Positions 8,441 to 17,304 of a stretch of DNA of 64,000 bases are shown here, piece after piece. Positions within the stretch are counted from its first letter, which is position 1, and each line of letters begins with the position of its first letter. The notes beneath the pieces are model-generated. The model did not search any database. It was given only the letters and a program-made list of their open reading frames with translations, and had not been told where the DNA came from. Both the position numbers and the translations under genes were made by a program. Origin of the DNA: a virus; IMG/VR virus record IMGVR_UViG_3300045988_109352; one strand, given 5' to 3'.

Positions 8441-8848
8441 AACTCTATTTTTTAAGTGATTGATTTTCAATTTTCTGTACTCTGCATTTCCACGGGCTTG
8501 TAACCGTCTTAGGCTGCATTACAGATGAAGTACGGGAAAATCAGATGGCTATCAGATAACAGCTATATATTATAGCCATATATCCATAGGCTTATATCCT
8601 ATTTCCCGTTCCTTCTTCATATCATTATCTTAGATATAGTTAAGTAGTGTATAGGTAACGACTTCCTAAATACTTGCTGCAATTACGTTTATTGCACTTG
8701 CTTAATACCATATCAATATCTCACAGCGTCTACCCTCGCATGTAATGTTATCCAGTGTAACTATTCATGCGTCAACGCTTATTCAGTATGTAAGTCTTTC
8801 AAATATCGCTTTGTCTTCGTTGAACTCCTTTGTTCCCTTTCGACATTA

Positions 8849-8856
8849 CAAAGATA
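8849..8856 (-). promoter_or_regulatory. -7 promoter box (TATCTTTG on minus strand) for the leftward gene block
   Basis: Exact TAnnTTTG. It would give a ~400-nt leader before the first leftward ORF. Confidence 0.4.
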
Positions 8857-8992
8857 CAGCTTTATTTTGATATATATGTTAATTGAACGTTAAAAATATA
8901 TCAAACTATCGTATTTTAACTCTCATTTACAAATAAAGTGTGTAATTACATAAATATTTACACAAAACAAGCGATAATAAAGGAAAACAACG

Positions 8993-9031
8993 CCAAAAAA
9001 AACAAGTAGTTACTAAAACAAAAAAACTACT
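8993..9031 (-). terminator. intrinsic terminator (minus strand)
   Basis: Stem AGTAGTT/AACTACT (9005-9011 / 9025-9031) followed on the minus strand by a U-rich tract (A-rich 8994-9004 on plus, two non-A bases). Confidence 0.4.
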
Positions 9032-9059
9032 GTTCCAGTTCCTATCCTTTCCGACTTCA

Positions 9060-9410
9060 TGCAAACACGTACAGACACACACATAATATATTATATATAT
9101 TAATTATATATATATAGTGCTTCGCACACTGGCAGCGTTAATAACCATTCGTTTAAAAACAAGTTTTTAAACATTATTCTAAAGTATATCAATTAATAAT
9201 ATCTATATTAATATTATATATATAATATAATTATAATAATATATTATTTAGTTTATATATATATATAATTATATCTATGTTATATTGTATATTATTGTTT
9301 TTATGTGTTATATTGATTTATATAATTATATCTGATTTGTGTTATATTGAATTATATAAAGCCTAATTATTTAAATAATCACGCATGAGCACACACGCAC
9401 ATGCACGTAA
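9060..9410. other. candidate replication origin / control region (AT-rich iterons and palindrome)
   Basis: Near-pure AT segment flanked by CA-rich tracts. Perfect palindrome GTTTAAAAAC-aa-GTTTTTAAAC (9151-9172). 22-nt iterons TGTGTTATATTGAWTTATATAA at 9304-9325 and 9338-9359, partial copy at 9276-9297. Sits at the divergence point of the two gene blocks. Confidence 0.4.
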
Positions 9411-9810
9411 AGCAAAAACATCATGCAATATTCTTTGCAAACGGATGTTTGGTTTAAATATTCAGCCCGTTTAAGCCTTCGTAATTGTTTGAGGCATGCA
9501 ACACTTCATCCGTGCTTCGTTCGTTCTTCAGTCCCCCTACAAACAAGCAATAAGGGCAAATAATCCCTCATAGGGGTATGGGGGGGGGTAAACCGTAGCC
9601 GGAAACGGTGGGGTACACATAGCCTAACTCCGAAAAAAATAAAAAAAATAAATTTAGTCCGTGGCTAAACAATTGATTATCATCCGCTATGTAAATTGCC
9701 GTATTGGGGATAAATGTTGTAAGTGTCTGATATTCAGCCGTTGTCGTGATTCCGACTTCGGGAAGTATTGTCCGTGGGTGTAGTGTATTTGCCTACTGAT
9801 GATTTTAATT

Positions 9811-9830
9811 CCCCCGAAATCGGGGGTTTT
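9811..9830 (+). terminator. intrinsic terminator-like hairpin (plus strand)
   Basis: CCCCCG-AAAT-CGGGGG followed by TTTT. Confidence 0.45.
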
Positions 9831-9987
9831 AGAAACCTTGTATGTTGGTTTGGCTGGTAGTATGCTTGATTTGTATTTATGCAACGTTTATTTGCGTATT
9901 TTACCCACGAACCTAAGTATTTTATCATCTTACCCAAATAAAATTAAAATTTTCGCTTCTATAATTTGGATTTTAGAATTTAGTTAG

Positions 9988-9995
9988 TACATTTG
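9988..9995 (+). promoter_or_regulatory. -7 promoter box TACATTTG for the rightward block
   Basis: Exact TAnnTTTG 50 nt upstream of ATG 10045. Confidence 0.5.
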
Positions 9996-10044
9996 CGGTG
10001 TTGTTTAACTAAAAACTTGAATGATATGAAAGGAGATTTTATTT

Positions 10045-10854
10045 ATGAAGCGTAGTGAGCATTTCAACGTTGCTGCTGGCAAGTGGTTGAATGGTTATCC
10101 CTTGTCGGTTAATGGGCATAAGTACGTTATATCTGGCGTTGATTCGGATAATAGCCTTGTCTTGCATTGTTTAGATGCTAAGGATATTGTTTGTGAATAT
10201 TCGGATTTGATGATAGGCTCTTCCCACATCTTTGTGAACCATTGCGACCATGTGATTTGTGAGGCGAGGCGGGTGTTTGTTGACGAGCAATCCCATCATG
10301 AGCTTTATGTTGTGAACAAAGGTGACGAATGGCGTTCTTATTGGGTTGAAGATTCCTATGTCATAGGTGCTAATTGCTGTACTATTCGTTCTATTTCAGA
10401 CTTTCTCCGCGAGAAGAATAAGTTTTTCTGTGGTGACATTGTGGTTAAGTACGATTGCGGTGTTCCCACTTACTACTTTGTGGATGCTTTTACAGATGTT
10501 TCGGGTGTTTTCACGGTTGTGTTCAGCTACTTGGACGGTGATGGTAAAATTGCTTATTGCTATTCCGACAAGGGAATGTATCGTGTTCTTGAGGATGTTG
10601 CGTTTGAGCATTGGGCTTCTCGTGGATTCAAGTACGACGAGGAGAACAATACGTTGTGTCCCATCTCTTATGAGTTAACTGATAATTCCTATGTTTTTTA
10701 CTGTAGTGACGAGCCAGTTTCGGTTCTTGCTAACTGGAAGATAGGTACTTATGGCTTTGCTAAGGATAAATTTCCCTTCATTGTACCTTTCCACAAGTTT
10801 AATCCCGACAATATTGGTGAAAGTTTGCAGCACAATGTTGTAAAACAGCAATAA
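10045..10854 (+). CDS. hypothetical protein (Cys/His-rich)
   Basis: 269-aa ORF, first gene of the rightward block. Confidence 0.7.
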   Translation: MKRSEHFNVAAGKWLNGYPLSVNGHKYVISGVDSDNSLVLHCLDAKDIVCEYSDLMIGSSHIFVNHCDHVICEARRVFVDEQSHHELYVVNKGDEWRSYWVEDSYVIGANCCTIRSISDFLREKNKFFCGDIVVKYDCGVPTYYFVDAFTDVSGVFTVVFSYLDGDGKIAYCYSDKGMYRVLEDVAFEHWASRGFKYDEENNTLCPISYELTDNSYVFYCSDEPVSVLANWKIGTYGFAKDKFPFIVPFHKFNPDNIGESLQHNVVKQQ

Positions 10855-10881
10855 AAGTTTACATTTTAGAGAAATTTTTCC

Positions 10882-10889
10882 TATATTTG
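10882..10889 (+). promoter_or_regulatory. -7 promoter box TATATTTG
   Basis: Exact TAnnTTTG 30 nt upstream of ATG 10919. Confidence 0.5.
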
Positions 10890-10918
10890 CATTGAGATAA
10901 TATTAAAATCGTTAACAA

Positions 10919-11407
10919 ATGACATATTTATATCTGTTATCTTTATTAACACTTGTTGCATACATTGGTTATGCTTTGAAGGTATGCGAACTGCCTGCAT
11001 CGCTTTCAGATACCTACTACATTTTGAAGGAGAAGAGCCGTCCTTCTTGGCTGTTTCAGCTTGCTATGGTTGTCTGTCCTATGCTTCTTGTTCCCGTATG
11101 GCTTGAATTGTCTTCTGACAGTGTTCAGTTTCTTTCTTTCTTGGCTTGTGGCGGTCTGATGTTTGTCGGTACAGCGCCTTTGTTCAAGGAGGAGTTTCAG
11201 AGGAAGGTTCACTTCGGTGGGACTATAGTAGCTGGATTGGGCACTACCTTGTGGCTGTTGTTCTCTGGTATGTGGTATATCCCTTCCGCTTTCTTCTTTG
11301 TGTCGGGCATTGTCATGCTGTTCAAGAAAAAGTGGCTGTTCTGGCTGGAAATGGCGTTGTTTGCGAGTGCTTATACTGGATTGTTAGTTAAAATGATGTT
11401 TGGATGA
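10919..11407 (+). CDS. integral membrane protein (4-5 TM helices)
   Basis: 162 aa, repeated hydrophobic stretches (LLSLLTLVAYIGYAL, LFQLAMVVCPMLLVPVWL, and others). Confidence 0.7.
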   Translation: MTYLYLLSLLTLVAYIGYALKVCELPASLSDTYYILKEKSRPSWLFQLAMVVCPMLLVPVWLELSSDSVQFLSFLACGGLMFVGTAPLFKEEFQRKVHFGGTIVAGLGTTLWLLFSGMWYIPSAFFFVSGIVMLFKKKWLFWLEMALFASAYTGLLVKMMFG

Positions 11408-11679
11408 TGGAAAGAAAACTGTTTGATGGATGGGGTCTGTTTATAACCAAAGACTTGTCCTATGTAGGCTTTTTCACGGATGATAGAGTTTGCTTGATAG
11501 ATATAGAGGCTGATGGAATACAAATCATTGAGAAATCCGATTTCAAGGAGGACTATTTACTTTCCCCTACCGAGGAGGATATGGTTAAGTTCCGTGCTAC
11601 TTTAGAAAAAGCTGGAAGTGGGTTTAGAGATAAGATTTTGGAAATAATGAAAAAAAATAGTTATGAATTTGAGTTTTAA
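11404..11679 (+). CDS. hypothetical protein
   Basis: 91-aa ORF, ATGA overlap with the upstream gene. Confidence 0.6.
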   Translation: MMERKLFDGWGLFITKDLSYVGFFTDDRVCLIDIEADGIQIIEKSDFKEDYLLSPTEEDMVKFRATLEKAGSGFRDKILEIMKKNSYEFEF

Positions 11680-11908
11680 ACAAGCTATAGACCTTCACCA
11701 GTGCCTTCGCTACATTGAAGCTTGCCAAAAGGCTATATACGGTAACGACAATACGAGTGACAACATAGAGGTCGGGGACGTATCTGTGACGTTTCACTTT
11801 GACGATGGCGAAATCTTTTTGGATAGCTTGATTGTTTCCGGTTCGGAGTGCAAGAAGGGGCGCATTGATGTTGAAGACTATTTAGTTGAAGACTATTTAA
11901 GAGAATGA
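11663..11908 (+). CDS. hypothetical protein
   Basis: 81-aa ORF. Confidence 0.55.
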   Translation: MNLSFKQAIDLHQCLRYIEACQKAIYGNDNTSDNIEVGDVSVTFHFDDGEIFLDSLIVSGSECKKGRIDVEDYLVEDYLRE

Positions 11909-11909
11909 G

Positions 11910-12275
11910 ATGGAGTTATATTTAGAACCTATTTACCGTGACCGGAATTGCAAGGGGCAGTTCAACAAGGGTCACAGATTGAGATTTGGAGGGCGACCTT
12001 GTTCCGAGGAAACTAAGAAGAAGCTGTCGGAGATTATGAAAAAGAGGATAGCTGACGGTTCTACCAAGATGCCTCATTTTCAGAAGGCTGTAATAGTCAT
12101 TAAGGACGGTCGGATTGTGGGTCACTACCCTTCCGCTACGGAGATGGCTCGCAGGCTGGGAATTACCAAGTCGATTATTATCCGTGTTTGCTTGGGTATT
12201 CGGAAAAGCTATCGTGGATGCAATCTTTTTTACGAGTGTGATTCAGATAAATGGATGAAACTAATTAAAGAATGA
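11910..12275 (+). CDS. NUMOD-type DNA-binding protein (homing-endonuclease DNA-binding module without a nuclease domain)
   Basis: GHRLRFGGRPCSEETKKKLSE resembles NUMOD3. SATEMARRLGITKSIIIRVCLGIRKSYRGCNLFYE resembles the NUMOD1/IENR1 HTH of GIY-YIG/HNH homing endonucleases. No GIY-YIG or HNH motif. Confidence 0.5.
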   Translation: MELYLEPIYRDRNCKGQFNKGHRLRFGGRPCSEETKKKLSEIMKKRIADGSTKMPHFQKAVIVIKDGRIVGHYPSATEMARRLGITKSIIIRVCLGIRKSYRGCNLFYECDSDKWMKLIKE

Positions 12276-12341
12276 GGGTAACTATATAGCACTTTGCACT
12301 AAAAATTATATAAATAAATAGGAAATTTAAAATATTCTATT

Positions 12342-12349
12342 TATATTTG
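12342..12349 (+). promoter_or_regulatory. -7 promoter box TATATTTG directly in front of tnpB
   Basis: Exact TAnnTTTG ending 4 nt before ATG 12354, implying a leaderless or near-leaderless mRNA. Confidence 0.45.
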
Positions 12350-12353
12350 CGAC

Positions 12354-13568
12354 ATGTATTTAACGGAGCAACATATAATAACAGTTAATGACAAGAGGTA
12401 CAAGGATTTAGACCGGATTTGTTTCTTATCCAAGAACTTGTATAATGCGGCTTTATATATCATAAAGCAGGAGTTTCTTGTTTCCGGGAAATGGATAAGG
12501 TCTACAGAACTTAACAAAAAGATGGTTGCAGAAAACAACGTTGATTTTAGGGCTATGAGTGGTTCTTCTTCCCAGCAAATTTTAATGGCTTTGGATAAGA
12601 ATTTGAAATCCTATTTTTCTGCCATTAAAGCATGGAAAAGGGATAACAAGAAATTTACTGGATGCCCTAAATTCCCGAAATACAAGCATAAAACAAAAGG
12701 AAGAAATATATTTACTTATTCTTATGTACAATTTAAACATAGAGGGGAGTACATTTATTTCCCGAAGAAAGAAGGTCTGCAACCGTTGAAAACAAGATGC
12801 AAGGAAGGAACAGTTAAGCAAATAAGGTTTGTACCGAAAGCAGATTGTTATGTAATAGAACTGGTATATGAATCAGAAGTAAAGGAAAAGCTACCGGATA
12901 ACAATAAGTATATGTCTATTGATTTGGGAGTTAACAACCTTGCTTCTATTGTAACTAATACGAGTAACAAGGCTGTTTTGGTAGACGGAAAGAAATTGAA
13001 GTCCATCAACCAGTATTACAATAAGAAAAAGGCTAAAGTTCAATCACAATTAAAGAAAACAAATGGAAAGGAAAATTCGAGACGGTTAATGAACCTTACA
13101 AGAAAAAGAAACAATAAGGTCAAGGATTATTTGCATAAGGCAAGCAAGGAAATTGTAAGCATGTGTTTGAAAGACAATATAACTACATTGATAGTAGGAC
13201 ATAATGACGGATGGAAACAGGAAGTGGATATGGGTAAAAGAAACAATCAGAACTTTGTTTCAATTCCGTTTGAAACGTTCATATCAATGTTAAGGTACAA
13301 ATCTGAAAGACAAGGACTAAGATTTGTTGAAATAAACGAATCTCACACGTCAAAATGCAGTTCTTTAGATTTAGAAGAAGTAAAACATCATGATAGTTAT
13401 ATTGGAAAGAGAGTAAAAAGAGGTCTTTTCAGAACAAAGAACGGGATTTTACTCAATGCAGATATAAACGGAGCCTACAACATCATGAGAAAAGTAAAGG
13501 GGGATGCAGCAATGCCACCCTATAGAGGGTTTGGGTATAACCCAGTTAAGAAATTTATTAACAAATAG
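12354..13568 (+). CDS. tnpB: TnpB-like RNA-guided nuclease family protein (divergent lineage)
   Basis: 404 aa. RuvC-I SIDLGVNNLASIV; NQNFVSIPF...ESHTSKCSSLD; RuvC-III NADINGAYNIMRK. The canonical RuvC-II xxEDL motif is replaced by IVGHNDGWKQEVD, and the CxxC zinc-finger pairs are absent. Confidence 0.85.
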   Translation: MYLTEQHIITVNDKRYKDLDRICFLSKNLYNAALYIIKQEFLVSGKWIRSTELNKKMVAENNVDFRAMSGSSSQQILMALDKNLKSYFSAIKAWKRDNKKFTGCPKFPKYKHKTKGRNIFTYSYVQFKHRGEYIYFPKKEGLQPLKTRCKEGTVKQIRFVPKADCYVIELVYESEVKEKLPDNNKYMSIDLGVNNLASIVTNTSNKAVLVDGKKLKSINQYYNKKKAKVQSQLKKTNGKENSRRLMNLTRKRNNKVKDYLHKASKEIVSMCLKDNITTLIVGHNDGWKQEVDMGKRNNQNFVSIPFETFISMLRYKSERQGLRFVEINESHTSKCSSLDLEEVKHHDSYIGKRVKRGLFRTKNGILLNADINGAYNIMRKVKGDAAMPPYRGFGYNPVKKFINK

Positions 13569-13597
13569 ATACAAGTGTAAACTTGTATATAATTACC
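13440..13597 (+). ncRNA. predicted omega-RNA (reRNA) scaffold of the solo tnpB; 5' limit uncertain
   Basis: By analogy with characterised TnpB systems the guide RNA spans the tnpB 3' end and right end. Hairpins GCA-GCAA-UGC, ACCCU-AUAG-AGGGU, UGGGU-AUA-ACCCA and the terminal ACAAGU-GUAA-ACUUGU are read here. Confidence 0.45.
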
Positions 13598-13608
13598 AGA
13601 ATGAGATT

Positions 13609-13992
13609 ATGAACATGTTCAATACAAACTCTACTACCGTCATGCAGTCCAAGTTGTTGCTTGGCTTGGGTATTGACCCTCGGACGGCAGATTTGACCTT
13701 GCACGACGAGGAACGCGACATACCTCTTTGGAGTATGATGCGTCTGATAGACATGATTCCCGGCTTTATTGTGGATGATGATGGTTATACATACTCATTT
13801 ACCATAAGTAAGGGGACATACGTGTATAATCTGTCCTATACCCGTAAGACCAAGCATGGGGAGAAGACTTTAATCTCCTTTCACAATCCGGTAGACAGCT
13901 TTGGCGAAACGGTCATTCTGATTATCAAATGGCTGTTTGATATGAAGCTGTTTCCGACCAAATACATGGCGAAATACGTTAAAAAGAAATGA
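13609..13992 (+). CDS. hypothetical protein
   Basis: Start moved to MNMFNTNST (13609) so it does not overlap tnpB or the IS right end. Confidence 0.6.
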   Translation: MNMFNTNSTTVMQSKLLLGLGIDPRTADLTLHDEERDIPLWSMMRLIDMIPGFIVDDDGYTYSFTISKGTYVYNLSYTRKTKHGEKTLISFHNPVDSFGETVILIIKWLFDMKLFPTKYMAKYVKKK

Positions 13993-14195
13993 GGTTGACT
14001 ATTTACTGGACTAAGGAGGCTATGCACAAGCCTTCCGATGGTTCACCAAGAATGTATGACCGTATTGTCAAACGCTTCGGATTCTCTGATTATATCAGCA
14101 TCAATGGTGAAACACCCGTTGATGTTAAGGAGATTGACCTTCCGGATTTGAAGGTTGCCGAGGAGCGTGGCTACATACAGATAAGAAACAAGTGA
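13989..14195 (+). CDS. hypothetical protein
   Basis: 68-aa ORF, ATGA coupling. Confidence 0.55.
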   Translation: MRLTIYWTKEAMHKPSDGSPRMYDRIVKRFGFSDYISINGETPVDVKEIDLPDLKVAEERGYIQIRNK

Positions 14196-14196
14196 T

Positions 14197-14829
14197 ATGA
14201 ATGAATATGAAGATACACATGTAGTTGTTTCCGAACGGGAAGCACTAATATCCACTGTCAGCTATAATATTATGGCTACTAACGACCTTGCTTGTGCTAC
14301 AGTGATATTTGCACTGTTTAGGTTAAGGAAAAGTCCCTTTTACCGCTTTCGTGTAAAGCAGTTGGCGAATAAGGTTGAGCTTGAAAGAAGAAAGTATGAA
14401 AAGGTAATAAATACCCTCATGGCTGATTCCTCTGCTAAGTTTGCCGATTCCAATGATATTTTCATGGACGCTATTCAAGATGAAGTTGATGCTCTGTTTA
14501 ATTCTATTAAAGGTGAGTATGACAAGTCTTGTGTCGAGGATTCAGAGCTTTTCAGTTGGCTGGAAATGGCAAGGACTATGTGTGATTATAGTTGTTGCCA
14601 GTTGAAGTACCGCAGGCAGGAGATGATTGCCAAATACCCTTCGTTCAAGAGGCTTAAATTTGCCCATTTAGACTTGAATAGGATGTCACAGCTAATGAAT
14701 GAGCTTATGAAGGCTTTAGTTCCCGATGTGGATTTGAATACTGATGCGTGCAACAAGGCTATTCGGGAATTAGGAAAAAAGCTGATTGACCCGGATATTA
14801 TTGCTAAGGCATTGTTAAGACAAGAATAA
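14197..14829 (+). CDS. hypothetical protein
   Basis: 210-aa ORF. Confidence 0.65.
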   Translation: MNEYEDTHVVVSEREALISTVSYNIMATNDLACATVIFALFRLRKSPFYRFRVKQLANKVELERRKYEKVINTLMADSSAKFADSNDIFMDAIQDEVDALFNSIKGEYDKSCVEDSELFSWLEMARTMCDYSCCQLKYRRQEMIAKYPSFKRLKFAHLDLNRMSQLMNELMKALVPDVDLNTDACNKAIRELGKKLIDPDIIAKALLRQE

Positions 14830-14871
14830 CTAACCATTATAACTAAAAGTTATAGTATAAAAAATGTAAAA

Positions 14872-15117
14872 ATGAAAGAAGTAACTAAATTGGTTCTACA
14901 CCATGATTTGGAGGATTTGGTAAAATTTCAGACCTCAGAGATAAAGTCTATGTTTGAGATGTACTCACAAGCAGTTAAGGATGGATGTGAAGAAGACTTT
15001 GACTGTGCCATATCTATAAAGAAGGATATTCTGATATGTTTGAGTATGCTTAATGAAATATCTATGAGTGAAGATGATTTAGAAAAGAAGTTTGAAACTG
15101 ACATAAATTTGAATTAA
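14872..15117 (+). CDS. hypothetical protein
   Basis: 81-aa acidic ORF. Confidence 0.55.
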   Translation: MKEVTKLVLHHDLEDLVKFQTSEIKSMFEMYSQAVKDGCEEDFDCAISIKKDILICLSMLNEISMSEDDLEKKFETDINLN

Positions 15118-15118
15118 A

Positions 15119-16024
15119 ATGGATAATCTTTTTGCAGATGAAATAGAACAAACTGCAATACTTCGCATTCAGAAATTCGCTAAAATAGCCGAAACATTAG
15201 GATTTGAAGTTAGATTGGGATTTTCGGGAGGCAAGGACAGTCAAGTCGTTTATGACTTATGTCTTCGTTCCGGAATAAATTTTAGAGCATTCTTTAATCA
15301 CGCATTGGAAAGCTCCACTACTTTAAAATTTATTAGAGAAAAATATCCCGATGTGATTTGGCGAAGAAACCATAAGTTTGGTTTTATTGAAAATATATGG
15401 AGAAATCATGGTGGACTTTTGCCGACTGTTCAAATGGCTTATTGTTGCAATGATTATAAGCATAATCCTAAATATGTAGATGAATGTAGTATTGTAGGTG
15501 TTAGAAAAGCTGAAAGTGCTTCAAGGTCTAAAAGGACAACTTTTGAAGCTAAGAATAAGACTTTTCTTAAAAAGAATAAGGCATTAGTGGATGATTATTT
15601 TGAGGAGCATTGTCAATCAACGGGTACGGCTGGTATTATTCAGTTAAAGCCTATTATAGATTGGAGTGACAATGATGTTTGGTCGTACATAAACAAACAT
15701 AACTTGCCAGTTAATCCCGAATATTTGAATGGGTCTAAAAGAGTTGGTTGTATTGTTTGTCCTAAAGCCAACTTAAATTCCAATGCTCAGTATTTGATAG
15801 AGCATCCCAGCTTGATTGATGCTTTTATAAAAGCAAGAGAAAAAGGCTCATTAGATATTGACTGGATAATAACATCAGATAATAAGGATTATTCAGATGA
15901 TAAATGTTATTATATTTGTAGATGGTTAAACCATTCCTTTTCACCATTTACAAAGAGGCAAGAAAAATGGTATGAGTTAATTAAACAATCGTATTTAAAA
16001 TATAAAGAAAATGGACGTAAATAG
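15119..16024 (+). CDS. PP-loop ATP pyrophosphatase, PAPS-reductase-like family
   Basis: LGFSGGKDSQVVYDLC is the SGGKDS PP-loop. Size and the C-terminal VGCIVCPKA Cys pair fit phage PAPS-reductase-like enzymes. Confidence 0.7.
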   Translation: MDNLFADEIEQTAILRIQKFAKIAETLGFEVRLGFSGGKDSQVVYDLCLRSGINFRAFFNHALESSTTLKFIREKYPDVIWRRNHKFGFIENIWRNHGGLLPTVQMAYCCNDYKHNPKYVDECSIVGVRKAESASRSKRTTFEAKNKTFLKKNKALVDDYFEEHCQSTGTAGIIQLKPIIDWSDNDVWSYINKHNLPVNPEYLNGSKRVGCIVCPKANLNSNAQYLIEHPSLIDAFIKAREKGSLDIDWIITSDNKDYSDDKCYYICRWLNHSFSPFTKRQEKWYELIKQSYLKYKENGRK

Positions 16025-16460
16025 AATTGAAGTAGAGGGAAATCTTACTAAAGACCCGGAATTGAAGACAAGTAAGAACGGTCAAAGTTTTGCATTTATT
16101 ACAGTATGCGCAAGCTATCCTAAAGGCAAAGCTCCTAATGTGGAATGGATTCCAGAGTTTTTCGATGTTACATTGTTTGGTGCGGATGCTGAGGAGATAT
16201 GCCAATATGCTAAGAAAGGTAGTCGTATTTGGGTATCGGGTATGATGCGTTCTACTATAAACCAAGATACAAAGGTGAAATATTGGAGTATCATTGCCAA
16301 CAATGCTCATGTTTTGATAAAACGTGGAAAGAAGGAAGCTTCTACTACTGGGCAGCAGCCAGCCCCAGCCGTACAGCAGCAGATTAAGCAAGCTCAACAA
16401 GTAGCAGCACAAGCCTTTAATCAGCCTTCCCCAAATGACCCAGATGGATTACCCTTTTAA
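16011..16460 (+). CDS. ssb: single-stranded DNA-binding protein
   Basis: N-terminus [29 protein letters not shown] (OB fold), Q/P-rich linker, acidic tip DPDGLPF. Confidence 0.85.
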   Translation: MDVNRIEVEGNLTKDPELKTSKNGQSFAFITVCASYPKGKAPNVEWIPEFFDVTLFGADAEEICQYAKKGSRIWVSGMMRSTINQDTKVKYWSIIANNAHVLIKRGKKEASTTGQQPAPAVQQQIKQAQQVAAQAFNQPSPNDPDGLPF

Positions 16461-16462
16461 TT

Positions 16463-16993
16463 ATGGAAGAAAAAGAAAAGAAATGCTTTAAATGCAATAA
16501 AATAAAGCCACTATCCGATTTTTATAAGCATTCTCAAATGGCTGACGGTCATTTAAATAAATGTAAGGAGTGTACAAAAAAAGATTCTATTAGACGATAC
16601 AATGTAAAATCTATAGATGATGAATGGGTAGAAAAGGAAAGGCTTAGAGGAAGAGAGAAATATAAAAGACTTAATTATAAAGGTAAATATATTAAGTTTT
16701 ATCATAAAAATGTAACTTATCGAAATATTAATCGTAGATTAAAGAATTTAGGATATGATATGAAAGATAAGGAAGCCCATCATTGGAATTATAATTTAAT
16801 GAAGTCTGTTTTTATTTTATCAAGAAAAGCTCATAAGTTATTACATAAATATATATATGTAAATTCTAATGATTTATTTTGCTATACTAATGAAGGAGTT
16901 AAAATTGAAACATTAGAACAAGCCACTGATATATTTACTAAAATATTATTAGAACATAACTGTAATGATAAAATTGAACATATATTATTATGA
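16463..16993 (+). CDS. HNH endonuclease with N-terminal zinc finger
   Basis: [15 protein letters not shown]...CKEC zinc motif. HNH-like [26 protein letters not shown]. Confidence 0.6.
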   Translation: MEEKEKKCFKCNKIKPLSDFYKHSQMADGHLNKCKECTKKDSIRRYNVKSIDDEWVEKERLRGREKYKRLNYKGKYIKFYHKNVTYRNINRRLKNLGYDMKDKEAHHWNYNLMKSVFILSRKAHKLLHKYIYVNSNDLFCYTNEGVKIETLEQATDIFTKILLEHNCNDKIEHILL

Positions 16994-17304
16994 GGGAGTT
17001 GGAATTAAAATTTAACGGTAAGGGCAGTATGAAGCCTTTCCGTTTCCAGCAGATTAACAAAGGTAACAATGCGTACATTTACATGGTTGAGATTATTGAG
17101 AATCCGAGTGTACGATGGTATGAGGTATTCAGACGTAGGGAATGTAGCGACACTGATGTAGTTCTTAACGGTCAGACAGTTCATTACGAGGCAAGAGTTC
17201 TATATCCCACAGCTAACGATTTTGGTGTCAGTGCTTTTTGTTGTCAGACACTTAGCAGGGCATTGGAACATTTTAACCGATGGGAGAATGGAAGAGAAGA
17301 TTGA
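16990..17304 (+). CDS. hypothetical protein
   Basis: 104-aa ORF, ATGA coupling. Confidence 0.6.
   Translation: MRELELKFNGKGSMKPFRFQQINKGNNAYIYMVEIIENPSVRWYEVFRRRECSDTDVVLNGQTVHYEARVLYPTANDFGVSAFCCQTLSRALEHFNRWENGRED

Larger units (their letters stand above)
12276..13597 (+). mobile_element. IS200/IS605-family solo-tnpB element (IS1341-like); boundaries approximate
   Basis: tnpB fills a 1.33-kb gap between two phage genes. Right end carries hairpin ACAAGT-GTAA-ACTTGT (13571-13586). No tnpA. Confidence 0.65.

Noticed and set aside
9060-9360. Possible CRISPR array
   Set aside because: The repeats are AT-only and irregularly spaced (28 and 34 nt) without unique spacers of constant length. No cas genes are present. 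An iteron or origin reading fits better.
9687-9987. Three overlapping 62-67 aa ORFs (both strands) inside the large intergenic region
   Set aside because: They overlap one another in different frames and strands and span a terminator hairpin (9811-9830). They have no start context and sit in a region otherwise devoid of coding signal. Treated as non-coding.
13504-13608. Upstream extension of ORF 13504-13992 overlapping the tnpB 3' end
   Set aside because: It overlaps tnpB and the IS right-end hairpin. The start at 13609 gives a clean non-overlapping gene.
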